A stretch of DNA of 64,000 bases from Eledone cirrhosa (GCA_964016885.1 OZ024741.1:191580001-191644000); one strand, 5' to 3'. Shown: positions 46,960 to 60,600, counted from the stretch's first letter. Translations and numbers: made by a program. Notes: generated by a model not told the origin, from the letters alone.

Positions 46960-47340
46960 GTGTTATTTGGCCTATCCTGCTGCATGGCTGCAATACATGC
47001 TTCATGAGAGCAATGAAATTACACAACCTAGAAGTATTTGACTACTTTTGCTTTCACCAAATCGGCAGTGTTTCTGCTTTGACTTCATATGAAACTCTGA
47101 TGTTCTTTATTGTTGTGTGTTGTGAGATAAATTCCCTTCAAAGACTTTGTTTCAAAATATCCCTTTGTTGGTTTGGTCATACACTCCTTCATACACAGAA
47201 CAATCTAAAGTAGTCACACCAGAGACTCATTTGGAATAGTAAAAACAGTGAGGTGGACAACTAAAAATATGGATCAGTATGATTCAATCAGCTCTTCAAT
47301 CAATGATCCTTATATGTATGGTGTCTCCATGAGAACTTGG
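46960..47340 (+). mobile_element. Very old RTE C-terminal fragment
   Basis: WPILLHGCNT...LEVFD...LCWFGHTL in ORF 46836-47213. Confidence 0.55.
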
Positions 47341-49028
47341 AAACTGTGACTTGCTGACAATCTCTATATCAGTCGTTATTTATGCCTGCATGTAGTCAAC
47401 TTCTGTTTGTGACACTGGATATAGTTTCATCATTGTTTTAGCCAACCAAAAATGTTAACCAATCAGAGACCACTTTTTGGTTATTTAAACAGAAGTAAAA
47501 TTGCTATCTGTTTCTAAATCTCTCTGAGCCATCACTGATTGCCATGGATTAGTTCTTTCCTTTCCTTTTATGTTGCTAGCAGTTAATTTCTAATTTGACA
47601 TTGTCATGCCAGAATAACTTCTACCTGTTTAAATACACATATGTTGTCGATTTTCTACTGACCATTATTTATTGGCAAATATTTTGACTTTGCAACTATG
47701 TACAACTTCTATAATACTTTCTACAACACATTTGATTTTGTAAATCACTAAAATATCTATGTACATTCTTACAAACATGTTTATATAAACTTTGTCTTAA
47801 GTGATCTTGCAAATTAAGGTCTATACATTCTGTGCCTGAATTTTGTCTTATTTTAACCTATATTTCCAAACTACATGCTATGTGCATATTGGATTATATA
47901 ACCAACAAGGTTTTTTTTTGTTATGTAAGAAATAAAAGAAACAATTATATATAATCTATTATTGTTGTTATCTCTATGAACATTCCTAATTACAATGCAA
48001 CAATTACCAGTCATGTGGAACATTGAAAAACTCAGTCACAACATAGCAGTAAAATCATCTCTAGCATGAGATGGCTCAAGGACAGAAACTATGTACAATT
48101 TCTATAATACTTTCTACAGTAATAATTTCTATAATACTTTCTACTGTTGACTTTGCCAAACACTTTTATACAACCTTTGCCTTGATTGATGCTGCAAATT
48201 ATTTCATGCTAAATTCGGACCTAACTCAAATTTGTATTCACAAAACATGTAGTGTATAATTATTATTGCATAATTCTACAAAAAGACCAGAAGTTTGTTT
48301 TTCTGTTGGTATGTAAGAAATAGAAGAAAACATTCATATACAACCATTTTAGTTTTATATCTCAGCAATTTCATGCAATTTCCTACATATTTAACATATT
48401 ATTGAATTATCCAACTGTGATTCTAGTGAATTTTAAACTCCAAGATAGATTTATTGTATTTTATTTGTGTATTTCTTTCAATTTACTGGCTGTAGCAATG
48501 TAGAGGCTATGCAGGTCAAATTTGATGCAGAAATGGATGAACCAAATGCCAAGCTAAAGTTTTCTATGCTTTACACATTATATCTTCAAAAGAATGTTAC
48601 AGTCATTATTTCCCTCTCTGTTTCTGTGAGTGTGTCTGTATTATCTGTCAAAGAGATAATAGATATAGGAGTAAGTAATAAATGCATATACTTTGTATGA
48701 CTTCCTTGACAAACCCAAGCCTGAGTTCACACATTACATGCACCACTTTGTTAGGATCAACAAAAATTAATAGGTCTGACAATGTGAAGCCATACTGCAA
48801 ATAATACCTCCCAACAAAAAAAAAAAAACAACGATATAGCCAAACAAAAGTGATAAAAAAAAGTAAAATTCACTTGCAGAGAAAGTCACTGACTAATGTA
48901 AAACTAAACATCACATCATCAATACATGTCTGTATGCCTGTTTACCTGTCTGTATGCTGGTTTACCTGTCTACAGTCAGACTGTCTGTATGTTCTTCTGG
49001 TATCATTATTTTATAAATTTTTACCAAT

Positions 49029-49360
49029 GGAGGCACATGGCTTAGTGGTTAGAGCATTGGCCTTGCAATCGAAAGGTTGTGAGTTCAATTCTCAGACCGG
49101 GTGATGTGGTTTCCTTGAGCAACGCACTTTATTTCACATTGCTCCAGTTTACTCAGCTGTAGAAATGAGATGATAGGGACTGGGGTCCCTCTCATTCCAC
49201 TGCAAAGTGGTTGTGGAGGTGCCATGGCAAAAAAGCACCCAGCACCCACTGTAAATGAGGTTGGTGTTAGGAAGGGCATTCAGCTGTAGAAATCAAGCCA
49301 GAATCAGTTCCCGTCCCACCCTTGCAAGCAGGGAAAAGTGGACGTAAAATGAAATGATGA
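49029..49360 (+). mobile_element. tRNA-CORE-RTE SINE, full length
   Basis: A box TGGCTTAGTGG, B box GAGTTCAATTC, CORE segment, RTE-A UTR module and RTE-B tail. Confidence 0.9.
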
Positions 49361-49529
49361 GAGAGAGTGCTGGTTTCTAACATAGACATAAGACTCTCTC
49401 ATTGGAATTTAAACAACATCAACTAGGTAGATATGTCTGCATGCCTGTGTGTGTGCATATGCACGTATGGTGTTATTGTATGTGTGTACACGAGTATGTG
49501 TTTTGTATCTCTACATGTGTATATGCAGT

Positions 49530-52262
49530 TATTACATGCAGAATGTTTTACATATTTTTACAGTTCCATTAATGGATTGTACTTGTAACTTCCTAACTAG
49601 TTGTGTTCTTTCTGGTTTTGTGAAGCCCAGCTTCTCAAGATTTGTAGTGATTTGTATTGAGGCAGTTAGTAACATATCCCAGAGCCTCAATAATCATAGG
49701 TATAAATCTGAAGGCATAGTCAGGGTGGAGTATCTGCAGATTCTTCATTAGTTCTATATAGATGTTCTCCTTTTCGCTAATCTATTGGCATCTGCTAGGC
49801 GGCTGACTTCCACTACTGTGCATGCCTTCTTTTCCCTGTCCCATATCATTATATCTGGTCTTGCATTTTATTGGGGTTTTGACTGGAACATTCCACCAGT
49901 ACATTTTCATATTATGTATGTATATGTCTTCCATATTGTTGTAACTTTTAATATGTTTATTGTCGGGGCTATCTTTTCTACAAATTGCATTGATAAGTAT
50001 TTTGGCTACTACATCATGCCCCATAGGTAGATAGTACCGTCATGACATCTTTGAACAGCTGCTTATGGTTGACATCTTCGATGTTAATTCTGCAGAGTCT
50101 GCACTCGTTGTCACATCTCGGCAGGCCCGTAGTCAAGGGGATGCCAGGGGATGCCTGGCATCCCCTATCAAAAGCAAATTTAGTTTTGGCATCCCCATCA
50201 AACAAGATTTTATATTAAAAAATTAACACAACAGGTAAAGGCAAAATAAAACATTAATGACACAGAATAAGCCTATATAAGACAATATCACAATATTATA
50301 CGGTTTGACTTGTATTTTTGACAAAGCATATATACAATATACATATACAAATATGAGGAGAGAGAATATACATACACATCTTATAATATCTTTCTATTTG
50401 TATCAATGCAATTAACTGTGAGTTTAATGATATATTAGACTGTTTACATATTACCTCAACTGATAAAAGCATTAAAGTTGATCATTGTATAACATCATCT
50501 GGTCTTTATGCTCAAATATTTAATTCAGAGTTGATCTTATGTAACAAAATTTTAAAAGAAATGTTACAAATATTAAATATTGCTAGTCTGACTTTTCAAC
50601 TAAAAACAGCAAATATACTCAACAATATTAATGTCATTAAAGAGTGTCGAGCAGAAATACAAGCCATAACCAATTCTATAGAGAAGATTCGTGAGAATTC
50701 GAAGTTTCTGCAAACTTACTATATGGACCAGAATCGACGACCATATCATAATTGATTGCAGCATTCCATCAAGCCAAATCATAGGAAGTTCTGCGGAAAA
50801 TATTCGTCAAATTGTTATAGAATTAAAAGATATTTTGGTATCAGAGTTTAACAATCGATTCAATGAATATAATTGTAATATATGGATATTGATGGATGCA
50901 TTATGCCTAGAATCTGAACACTTTTTAGAAAGCAACAATTCTGGAACCGTTACTGGATTATGCAAAAACCATTCCAATCATGAAAAAATTTATTGAAGAT
51001 AATAATATTGATATCTATTTACTAAAAGCTCAATGTAGTGTCCATATAAGTCTTGTAAAAAACTATTTTGGTAAACAATGTAATACTGAAACAATAGATA
51101 TTCAAGATATATATAAATTATTACATACAAAATATCAATCAACGGCCTCTGCAATAATAATGCTATACAGAATTGTATTAACATGTGGCTATAGTTCATC
51201 AAGAGTTGAATGCCTGTTTTCTGCTATGGCTCACATTTACCACAAAGAAGAAGTCACCTTACAGAGAATGCAATTTGACATACATCTTTTTAGAAAAAGA
51301 TGAATATGAAAAAATTAAATTTGAAGACTTTGCAAATGAGTGGTTAAAGAAACCACGAAAACTATTTTTTTGACATTTCATTGTATAATGTGTCTTTGTT
51401 TGGAATAATATATATATTTTACTAAACAATATTTCTTTATTTTGTTTTGGCATCCCCATGTTTTAACATATATTCGAATGGCATTACCTGGCAGAAAACC
51501 TGGCTACGGGTTTGCATCTCGGTGTTTTTCCTACATTGCTATCTCTTTTGTGAATCAGGTATTTTGTATTGATTTCCTGTTCTTGGATTGCAAAAACATA
51601 TCCTTCAAAGTGAGAGCCAATATAGCAGTTGTTGGTCAAGATAAACTTATCTATATTACTCTCACTCTAGTTCCTCTTGGCAACATATCCACACATGATT
51701 TTTGCTGATAAGCGTGCAGTTTGTCCTGCATGGATTCACTGTGGTACTGCTGGGCAATTTCCCTTAGTGTGTTTTTTTGATTATCACACAGGGAGTATCT
51801 TTCAAGGAGTTCCTTCCCAATTCTCATGCTCTTATCTGTCTCATAGATAGACTCCTATGCTTGGAGGTTTGTAGATGTCGAAGGGATATGATGCGACACT
51901 CAAATGCTGCCTAGACTGATGTTAGGCCTCTGTCTCCCTGCTTACATTTCGTGTAGAGGCAGTCTATGTTACTGTTGATGTGGAAGTTTCTGGTTTTGTT
52001 TAGAATGTTGGGGGTTTTGACTTCAATTATTCAGATTTCGTCTATCGTCCAATTGAGTATTCCAAATATTGGTGTTATGAGAGGCATAGCAAACACATTG
52101 TGTGCAGAGATTTCAGATGACCATATTTTTCTTAATCAGGTGTAATATTCCCTGGTTATGCATTCCTTGTTACAGATACCATCATAGGATATATTTTCAT
52201 CTATCTCTAAGTATCTGTAGCAGTCCTCGTCAGATATTGGTGAAACAGTTAGGCCATTGATA
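49530..52262 (-). mobile_element. R4/Dong-type RLE non-LTR retrotransposon, 3' half, split by a hAT insertion
   Basis: YRYL, SHFEGYVFAIQEQEINTKY, CRLC...NH (CCHC), HDVVAK, WWNVPVKT, PDIMIWD and IIEALG remnants. Confidence 0.85.
50122..51514 (+). mobile_element. Internally deleted hAT element (Tip100-like)
   Basis: 8-bp TSD CATCTCGG (50114-50121, 51515-51522). Imperfect TIRs CAGGCCCGTAGTCAAG / CCTGGCTACGGGTTTG. Dimerisation-domain remnant GYSSSRVECLFSAM. Subterminal GGGGATGCC motifs. Confidence 0.88.
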
Positions 52263-52699
52263 TGTATGCATGTATGTGTGTATGTGTGTGCGTGTGTGTA
52301 TCACGAAATTTAATATAGAAATGGCTTATACAGGAAGAGCTGTTTCATTCGTATGAAATCATTAGGAGTGCTGGTTGATATACTAAGTTGTTGGAATTTG
52401 TAAGTTTCATGGTGGTTGGGGGTGGGGTGGGCATATTTTTAGGTGCAGGTATTGAGTAGTGGATTAGAGGAGGGAAGGGGAGGTAGGAGGTGGGGTTAAG
52501 AGAGTAGGAAGAAAATTTTAAAAGTAGGTTGAGAGGAATCTTGATGCATAAATATAGAGATAAATATTCAAAAATACATACATATACACACAAGTATGTA
52601 TATATGTATAGATACATACACACATATATACATACTAGCAGTGTATCCTGGCGTTGCATGGGTAAGAATATTGGTAATAGCACCTCCAATGAGAAACGT

Positions 52700-52965
52700 T
52701 TATTTGTGAGTGCCTGTTAAAAACTCACAAACTGGACATGCTCACCGATATCCAGAGTTGACACTTCACTCAGTGCTCCTGTGAGAGCCCCTGCTTGGAC
52801 ACACTGGAAGAGGAAGACTGAGGTTAACATATGTTGATGCCCTAAGGACAGATACTGGTCTGTTGGAGATGCAGGAGATGGCAGCGATAATGAGGGACAG
52901 ACTGCTGGAGAGAACTCATCCATGGATCTCGGGAATTTTACCCGCCCTAGATAGATAGATAGATA
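52700..52965 (+). mobile_element. 3' end of another RTE-type LINE with (TAGA)n tail
   Basis: Reads GRGRLRLTYVDALRTDTGL...IMRDR..WRE, followed by (TAGA)n. Confidence 0.6.
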
Positions 52966-53094
52966 TATTTTTATGTGTATATATATATATGTATATGTGT
53001 ATATATATATGTGTATATGTGTTTGTATATGTATGTATATCTATACATATATATAAAAGTGAAATTGTCTGTGTGTGTCCCCTCATTTTTGCAC

Positions 53095-53820
53095 CGTCAA
53101 TGAAGCACCAGAGATGTCACAGCCTCAGCACATGTTTGCACATCATCAGCCACGGCATGCCCAGCCCTCCACGCAACAGGTGTTGACAGCAGATGGATCA
53201 TCTGATCATGGGAGCACATCATCTCCATAAAAAGCGGAAGAGGAGGCATTCCATTTTTGTCAGAGTTGGGCCGGGGCAAGGCTCAACGGTTAGGTGGTAG
53301 CAGATGACGGATGCGATGAACGCATTCACCACCTCTGCCCGACATTTCAGGGACAGCTTCCACTCGTCCATTTCTTAGTGAGAGAAGCCACCCTGTTTGT
53401 CACCTCGCTCCAGTTATTCTCCATATGAAGGTCCGGACCGAACCAGACCCCTAGCAATTTAACCGGTCCTTCTGTCCAGCGCCCCACGGCATGGACTTAC
53501 CTCCCCAGGTACCGAGCTGCAAGCCCACTGACTTTTCCTGGTTTAACTTTGCTCCTGTCACTGCTTCATATTCCTTGAGTGCGGTGCCAAGAATCTGGAC
53601 ATGTCCGGCGCTTGATCGGGCCCACTCTGATTATGCGCCTATAGACTGAGGAGTGGAAAACTGAGAGAGAGCGCTTGCTCTGGTGGTCAGGGTAACCGTG
53701 GTCTTTTGTGTGGTTTTCGCCACGAGTGACCCCCCCCCCCCCCCCCCTATTGGGGAATTTTTGAATTTTTTTATATTTCTATCTTCTTGTTATAACCTTT
53801 TTTACACGCAACCGAAACCC
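53095..53820. mobile_element. L1/Tx1 fragment with 5' inversion
   Basis: 53095-53615 is minus-strand ORF2 (YEAVTGAKLNQEKS, VKLLGVWFG, FRFLW). 53650-53820 is a plus-strand 3' UTR matching 63337-63460. Confidence 0.8.
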
Positions 53821-53956
53821 ATGCTGGAGAGAACTCGTCCATGGATCTCGGGAATTTTACCCGCCCTAGATAGATAGATAGATAGATATATTTTTATGTG
53901 TATATTTATATATATGTATATGTGTATATATATATGTGTATATGTGTTTGTATATG

Positions 53957-54025
<69 letters not shown>

Positions 54026-54089
54026 ATGTGTATATATGTGAGTGTATATGTATCTATGTGTATATATATATTCTTATCGATTATCTTAT

Positions 54090-54298
54090 CGATTGACTTT
54101 CGTCAAATCGGACCAAGGAAACAATGTTTCCATTGGTCTTTCCAATTGCTAATACTATCTATCGGTCGCAACTCCAGGTAGAAGGAGCAACGTGAAATAA
54201 AGTGTCTTGCCCAAGGACATAACGCATCGCCCGGTCCAGGAATTGAACTCACAACCTCACGATTGAGAGTTCAATTCTCTTACCACTCAGCCACGCGC
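54090..54298 (-). mobile_element. tRNA-CORE SINE
   Basis: GGAGCAACGTGAAATAAAGTGTCTTGCCCAAGG core, GGAATTGAACTC B box and ACCACTCAGCCACGCGC head. Confidence 0.8.
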
Positions 54299-54776
54299 AT
54301 ATATATATATATATGTGTATATATATATATGTGTATATATATATATATGTGTATATATATATATATGTATATGTATATATATGTATATGTGTGTGTGTGT
54401 GTGTGTGTGTGAATGTGGCGAAGATAATACGTCAGCAATGACGTGTTGGTCATAATGTCGTTATGCAGACATACAGACAGATATTATAAGGGCGCGACGG
54501 AGATCGATAACCGGCACCTAACACCCCTTTAACACAGAACATTGAAAAATAAAAGGTACAGTTAATATCTTTAGACCACAACGAATATATAAATGCAAGT
54601 TTGAAGTCAATCAGAGTAGAAATGTGGATTTGTATAGACTTTGCACAAATGAGGACACACACAGACAACATCAATTTTATATATATGTATAGATGCATAA
54701 ATACATATTTACACACATACCTTTACACAGATACATACATAAAAATATACATATACATGGATATATATATATATAT

Positions 54777-56347
54777 GATCATCATCATCACCGTTTAACG
54801 TCTATCTTCCAAGCTAGCATGGGTTAGACGGGAATTGTCCCACATGAGGTAATATTGGTTGGGTGACCGTGTATCGCTCACATAGGACTGTATCTGGCAG
54901 GTTTTCTACAGCTGGATGCCCTTGCTAACACCAACCACATTTACGGTGTGAACTGGGAGCCTTTTTATCATGTCTCCTACATGACCAGGTTACAGCATGG
55001 ACTGTGCGTTTTTTTATCGTGACACCTACACGACCACTTTAGTGTGGACTGGATCTTCTGTGGTACCAACATAAATTTACAGAGAAAGGGTGGTGTGGGT
55101 GGAAGTGGTAGGATGAGTAGGGGGAGTGCGTTGGGGTGTATATTTGGTTAAGAGGTGCCTACTGACTGTAGGTTTAACTTCGTATGTAAGGGAAGGTGGG
55201 TCTTCTGTATTGCTGCGTAGTGCCAAAGGTCTTGATCCAGTGACATTGTCTTAGAGAGGTGCAAGTGTAGCTTCCATCAATTTTGATCACCCTGCACTTT
55301 TTTATACAGCTGTCGTCTTTCATGGCCATCACATGTCCATACCAACGTAATCTCCTCTCAAGTAAACTGCATCTGATCCCTCTTATTCCTAATTTCTCAC
55401 TTAGTTCGTTTATGTGTTTTGCTGTTCATGTATACCAATATTACACATCCAACAGAGCATGCATACTTCGTCCCTTTCCAATCTGTGCAGGTCCTCTGCA
55501 CACAAAGCCCATGTCTCACTGCCATGTAACATTGCTGTTCGTATACAAGCATCATACAATCTGCCTTTCATTTTTAGAGAGAAACCTTTTGTGGCCAACA
55601 GTGGTATTTTTCTATCCCATTCTAACTCTAGCTACTGTACTTTCAGAGCACCCGCCTCCACTGCTGATTTTGTCACCATGGTAAAGGAAAGTGTCTACTA
55701 TTTCTATAGAACCATCTGGGCAGTTGAAGGAGCTAGTATTAAGTGGGCACTTGCATCTGAGTATCGGCTGCATATAATACCTACATTCTTTGATAGCTTT
55801 CCTATGATGTTACTGCATCTTTTATGTACCCATAGTCTGCATTTGGGGCCTAGAATGGAATTTCTACCTACTCCTTTCCTACACACTAAGCATAGCCATT
55901 TCCCAGAGGGCATCTGTGCCCTTATTTCCTCGGACATGCTTCCATGTTTGGAATTTCTTCTCTAGTTCTGCCATAGATTCAGCTATGACAGTTAGATCAT
56001 CTCCATATAGAAGTTCTCATGAGCAGCTGGTCTTAAACTCTTCTGTTATAGCTTGTAGGGAAATAATAAACAGGAGGGAGCTAAGGATGGAGCCTTGGTG
56101 AACACCTATTTTATGCTAAATTCTTCACTATATTCATTGTTAATTCTAACCTTGCTGACTGTTCCTCTATGCATGGCTTGTATAGCTCTCACAAGCCACT
56201 CATCTACTCCTAGTTTTCTAAGAGCCCACCAGATAATGGAGTGGGGGACTCTGTGAAAGGCTTTCTCCAAGTCAACAAAAGCTAAGTAGAGGGGTTTACG
56301 TTTAGCTAGGTACTTCTCCTGTAGTTGCCGTACAGGGAACAGAGCAT
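54777..56347 (-). mobile_element. RTE family A, 5'-truncated and decayed
   Basis: RT remnants, degenerate PHD (ORF 55704-55937), C-terminus, 3' UTR and (CAT)n adjoining (TA)n. Confidence 0.92.
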
Positions 56348-57619
56348 ATATTATAGGGTAAAATGACTGGAGGCCTGGCAGGTTGTATTCTTTTAGATTT
56401 TATTACTGCAAACATGATGCACATTTCAGTGGCCAGGTTATCTCATCAGAGGCATCATCAGGTGTATAATTGCATAATAGTTAGGAAGAAACAGAGAAAG
56501 AAAAAATGAGAATGAAAAAAAATTGTTTTGTTTTGCTTTTTTGTTTTTGACTCAGAGCTAATTGAATGCCCTGTTCTGGTTCCAGCGAAATTCACTCTGA
56601 GTAGTTACTTTGTTGTGTTATTTTCCTATGTGGGCAGGGGTGGCACTGTTTATTGGCTACTACTAACCCTGTCTGACAACATTGGACACAGCCAAAAAGT
56701 GTAGATAGTGTAGGGTTACAGAGAAGGGATTCTACAGGGGTCAATCTAAAGTTAATAGAAAATTACAGGGTGAAATAAGTTTATAACAGGAAAAGGAAAT
56801 TATGAGGGTTTATAAGCTAAGGGTAGTTTAGGGTTAAATATTTAGGAAACTAAGGTATATTTTAAGAAATAAAATTAAGATTACAGATTAAAATGAAAGT
56901 TTAAAAATTCAAAGATTTTTTAATTTGAAAATTTAATAAAGAAGTATGGAAAAGGATAGATTGTTTGTGCACACGTCACATTACAGATACCAGTTATGTT
57001 AATGATTCTATGGAATGGGTTGAGATGTAATAAACAAATAACTTAAGGTTAAATTAAGTAAAGGTTTCTATCTGTTTTGGGTTCTTCGCATTGTTGAATG
57101 TTAGATTCCTATGGAGTGTGAAGTAGTTTTTTCCTCTACCATATAAGGAGTGTGGTTTGGCATTCAATAATCACTGAGGTGACCCCCCCCCCCCCCCCCT
57201 CAGCAGGCCCATTAACTTTCCGAGTATTACAGTATACCGAAGAAAGGGGAATTTACTTTTTCCAAGGAGGGTGGGCAGACCCAGGTGTTCCGAGAACAGT
57301 ACTGCAAATTAAATCGTAACAGATAGTGTGTAATATATAAACAGTAAAGCACAAAATATTAATAATAGTTGGTAACATATGTGTCCGAAAAGCTTAGTTT
57401 AAAAAAAGAATCGGGATAGAGAGTGAAGGAATTAAATTGATATCAAGTGACATGCATCATATGGTCTGCATGGAGGCCATTTATGTAAATACCTAGAAAC
57501 TATGAACTATAGAGGTGAAATACGGTCAGTATAAGGTATAGGAGGCTAGGAAGAAATTTCTATTTGATTGTATAAAACGATCATGGAGGCGTCGTGATAC
57601 GTCTCCGTAACTGTTTATA

Positions 57620-60600
57620 GAGAGAGAGAGGCAGAGAGCATCTTCAAATAATCAAAACAAAAACCCAACTTTTGTCAATGGCAAAAACAACAGCAGCAGT
57701 AATCAGCAACACCGAAACAAACGACAACACCAGCTCCAATAACAACATGAACAATGTCAGCACTAACAGCAACAGCAACAAGGAAACAAGTGGAGAAAAC
57801 AACGGCAACAACAACAATGGCAACACCAACAACAACATGAACAATGACACAACCAGCACCAGCAACAGCAGCAACAACAACATATTTGTTGCCTTGGCAG
57901 TTGAGAAAAGGTAATGTTTTCACATGGAATTAACAGATAAAGAGCAACGTTTGGCTCAGGCTTGGAAAATAATCAAACATGAAAAACCCTTGGCCAACCT
58001 AAACGTCCAGAATAAGGCAATGGAGGTGATGAAGCACAAAATAATTATATACAGATGCATTTTGGTGTGGATCCGCAAAGCGGAGGTGACCCCTCAAGCT
58101 GAAGTTGAAGTTGAAGCTGCACTGAAGTGCATCCAAGATGACATCATTGAGTTCAAGACAAGGAGCAGGCAATTCGGTACCATCTCAGTGCTGTTTAAGT
58201 CTGAAGCCCTTACTCTGAAATACTCAGTGGGCTCCTGTAGGACAGACCAAGTGAGGATGTACCCATCCTACCTGATCAGAAGAACAGTCAGGGTCTGCAT
58301 TTCCAGGATCCCACCAGGACTTGACTTGTGGTGGCTCCTGGAATGTGTGATTGAGGAGGGTATGGATGTGTCACCCATTGAAGTCATAAAAACATGTAGA
58401 GAGGACTGGTCTGGCGTGGATTTGGAGATCCTACTCCAAATCAAACCAGAAGATATGAAAAGCATCCCAGATCCTGTCTGGCTACAGGATGGGACAGCCA
58501 TATAAGTGGTCATTGAGGGCAAAAGGCCACATTGTTTCGTCTGAGGCAAAATCACACACAGGCGAGCCTTTTGCCCCCAGATCAAAAACGTAGAGGGCTG
58601 CAAACCTCCATTGCTGCCAACACCGAGGCGGGGATAACCAATCCCACAACTACGAACACCAGCACCAGCAGCACCAAGAACAGCAACAACACCAGTCAAA
58701 TCACCAGCAGCATCAAAACAACCAACCCGGGGGAAAATGGGGAAAGCTCTGCCACACTCTTCCTGAAATAAATACACACATAAACACAAAAAGAAAAATA
58801 CATCTTCACCACACCAACAAGCACACAAAACATACCCACATAAACACAAAAAGAAAAATACATCTTCACCACACCAAAAAGCACACAAAACATACCCACA
58901 ACAAACACAGACATACCTACAACAAAACCAATACCACAACCATCAACAAAAATACAACCACCAACACCAACACAAACACAACTACAACTCATGCAACAAA
59001 AGAAACACATTCATACACTAACAACAACAGAAACACCCAACTTCATGTTTCTAAGAAGGGCAAGCTAGAACCTATGACCCTTGTAACACAAAGGCAAGAT
59101 ACTGACAAAGAGGGGGAGATTTTGGTCACCTGTTCATTCAATGTGCCCAAAACACTGCTGATGATGCGGATACCAGGAAACAAGTAAAAGAAACCTTAGA
59201 GAGAGAGCTTCCCTGACGACGTAGAGACCCTTAGAGTGAAAGCCTCGAGTAGGCTTTTAAAGTGGTTCCCAAAGAAAACCTCACCAATCATGGAGGTCGA
59301 ACTATCCAACCTCAACAAGCCCCTGGGAGGTAAGTAAACTTTTCCTCTCTCTTTTTGCCTGACAAAATGGCTGTCTTAAGAGCGAGATGTTTAAATGTTC
59401 ATGGCCTGGGGTTGTCCTGGAAGTAGGGTCACTTGTTGAACAATATCAGGTCACTAGATATGGATGTGGCTACTATCAGTGGGACAAAGATTTCCAACAT
59501 GCGCACACTATCCCCCATTTTTGACGACTATCAGATTCTGCATCTCTTAGTTGGCCAGGAATGAGAGGTGGGGTGGAAGTGCTGTTTAGGAAGGGCCTTG
59601 ATCTCAAGGTAATGTTGATCTTCTTGGACCCAGACAATAAGTTGGTGGTCCTGGAGGTGAGCAATAGCGAAGGTGGTCCCTTTAGATAGGCGGTTGTCTA
59701 TGCCCCAACCAGGGATGGACGGCTGGATTTCTTTAGGAGCCTGGAAGCCTTTCTGGGAACGCCTCACCCTTTACTGTTAGCTGGAAACTGGAATGGAATC
59801 TTAGACGCACACTGGAAATGTCTGGGAGTAGCTGACAGGAGCGGCATGTGCAAAAGCCTCAAGTACCTCATCAACCAGTTCCAACTGTCTGACAGGTACC
59901 GACTAGATTTCCCTAATGTGCCAGTGTGGACCTGGACCTGAACTGCATAGGGTCATCTGGATCGTATATAGATAGATTTTTTTATTAGGTCAGTAGATAA
60001 GGATAGTATAGGTTGTCAACATTTTCAAACGGTTGCCTATTCAGATTACAAATTTGTGATCTGCATGGTTGACGGAGATAAGACACGTAAGTTAGTACCT
60101 GGAAGCTGAACATGTCGTTCCCAGCATGGGAAGCTTACAGGGACCAGGTCACCACTTTAGTTAAGTGTAAGTTGACATTAGACCATTTCTTCAATGCGAA
60201 ACGCGAAGGTTGCAGTGTCAGAGCTAAGGAACATGCTCTAAGAAATGAGGGAATGAAAGTTGTTTGATGGGTGGAGGCACAGCATAGTAATGAAACCACG
60301 ATTTGGTCTTTGGCGGACTGAGACGAACACATGCTGACCGATTCCAGGCAGATATGTGCGGACTTTTGCTAACACTTTGCTCGACTGTTTAAGGAGAGAA
60401 GAGGGTTGGAGCCGGTGGTGGACTTCAGTTCCTACCTTGATGATCTCTCACGACCCTCCCCAGTTTATTCTGGGTGCTGTGAGAGGCTGATAACATCAGC
60501 TGAGATTCTGGATGTCCTGGTCGGTTGCACGAGGTGAGAGTACTTAGTTTGTATGGTCTGCCATAGTTTGTATGAGTTTTACATAGAAATGCCAGACTTG

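Larger units (their letters stand above)
52635..54693 (-). mobile_element. Non-autonomous Helitron termini enclosing nested insertions
   Basis: Minus-strand 5' TCTATACATATATATAAAATTGATGTTGTCTG at 54693 and 3' CCCATGCAACGCCAGGATACACTGCTAG ending at 52635. That the two ends belong to one element is inferred. Confidence 0.5.

Noticed and set aside
49029-49100. Possible tRNA gene
   Set aside because: A/B boxes are present but the stems pair poorly and it runs into a SINE body; same for 7294 and 37462.
53896-54181. Tyr/Ile/Val/Cys-rich ORFs
   Set aside because: Translations of (TA)n/(TG)n microsatellites.
57644-57923. Hydrophobic Leu/Val-rich minus-strand ORFs resembling membrane proteins
   Set aside because: Antisense of the (AAC)-rich low-complexity ORF1 N-terminus; same for 58268-59010.
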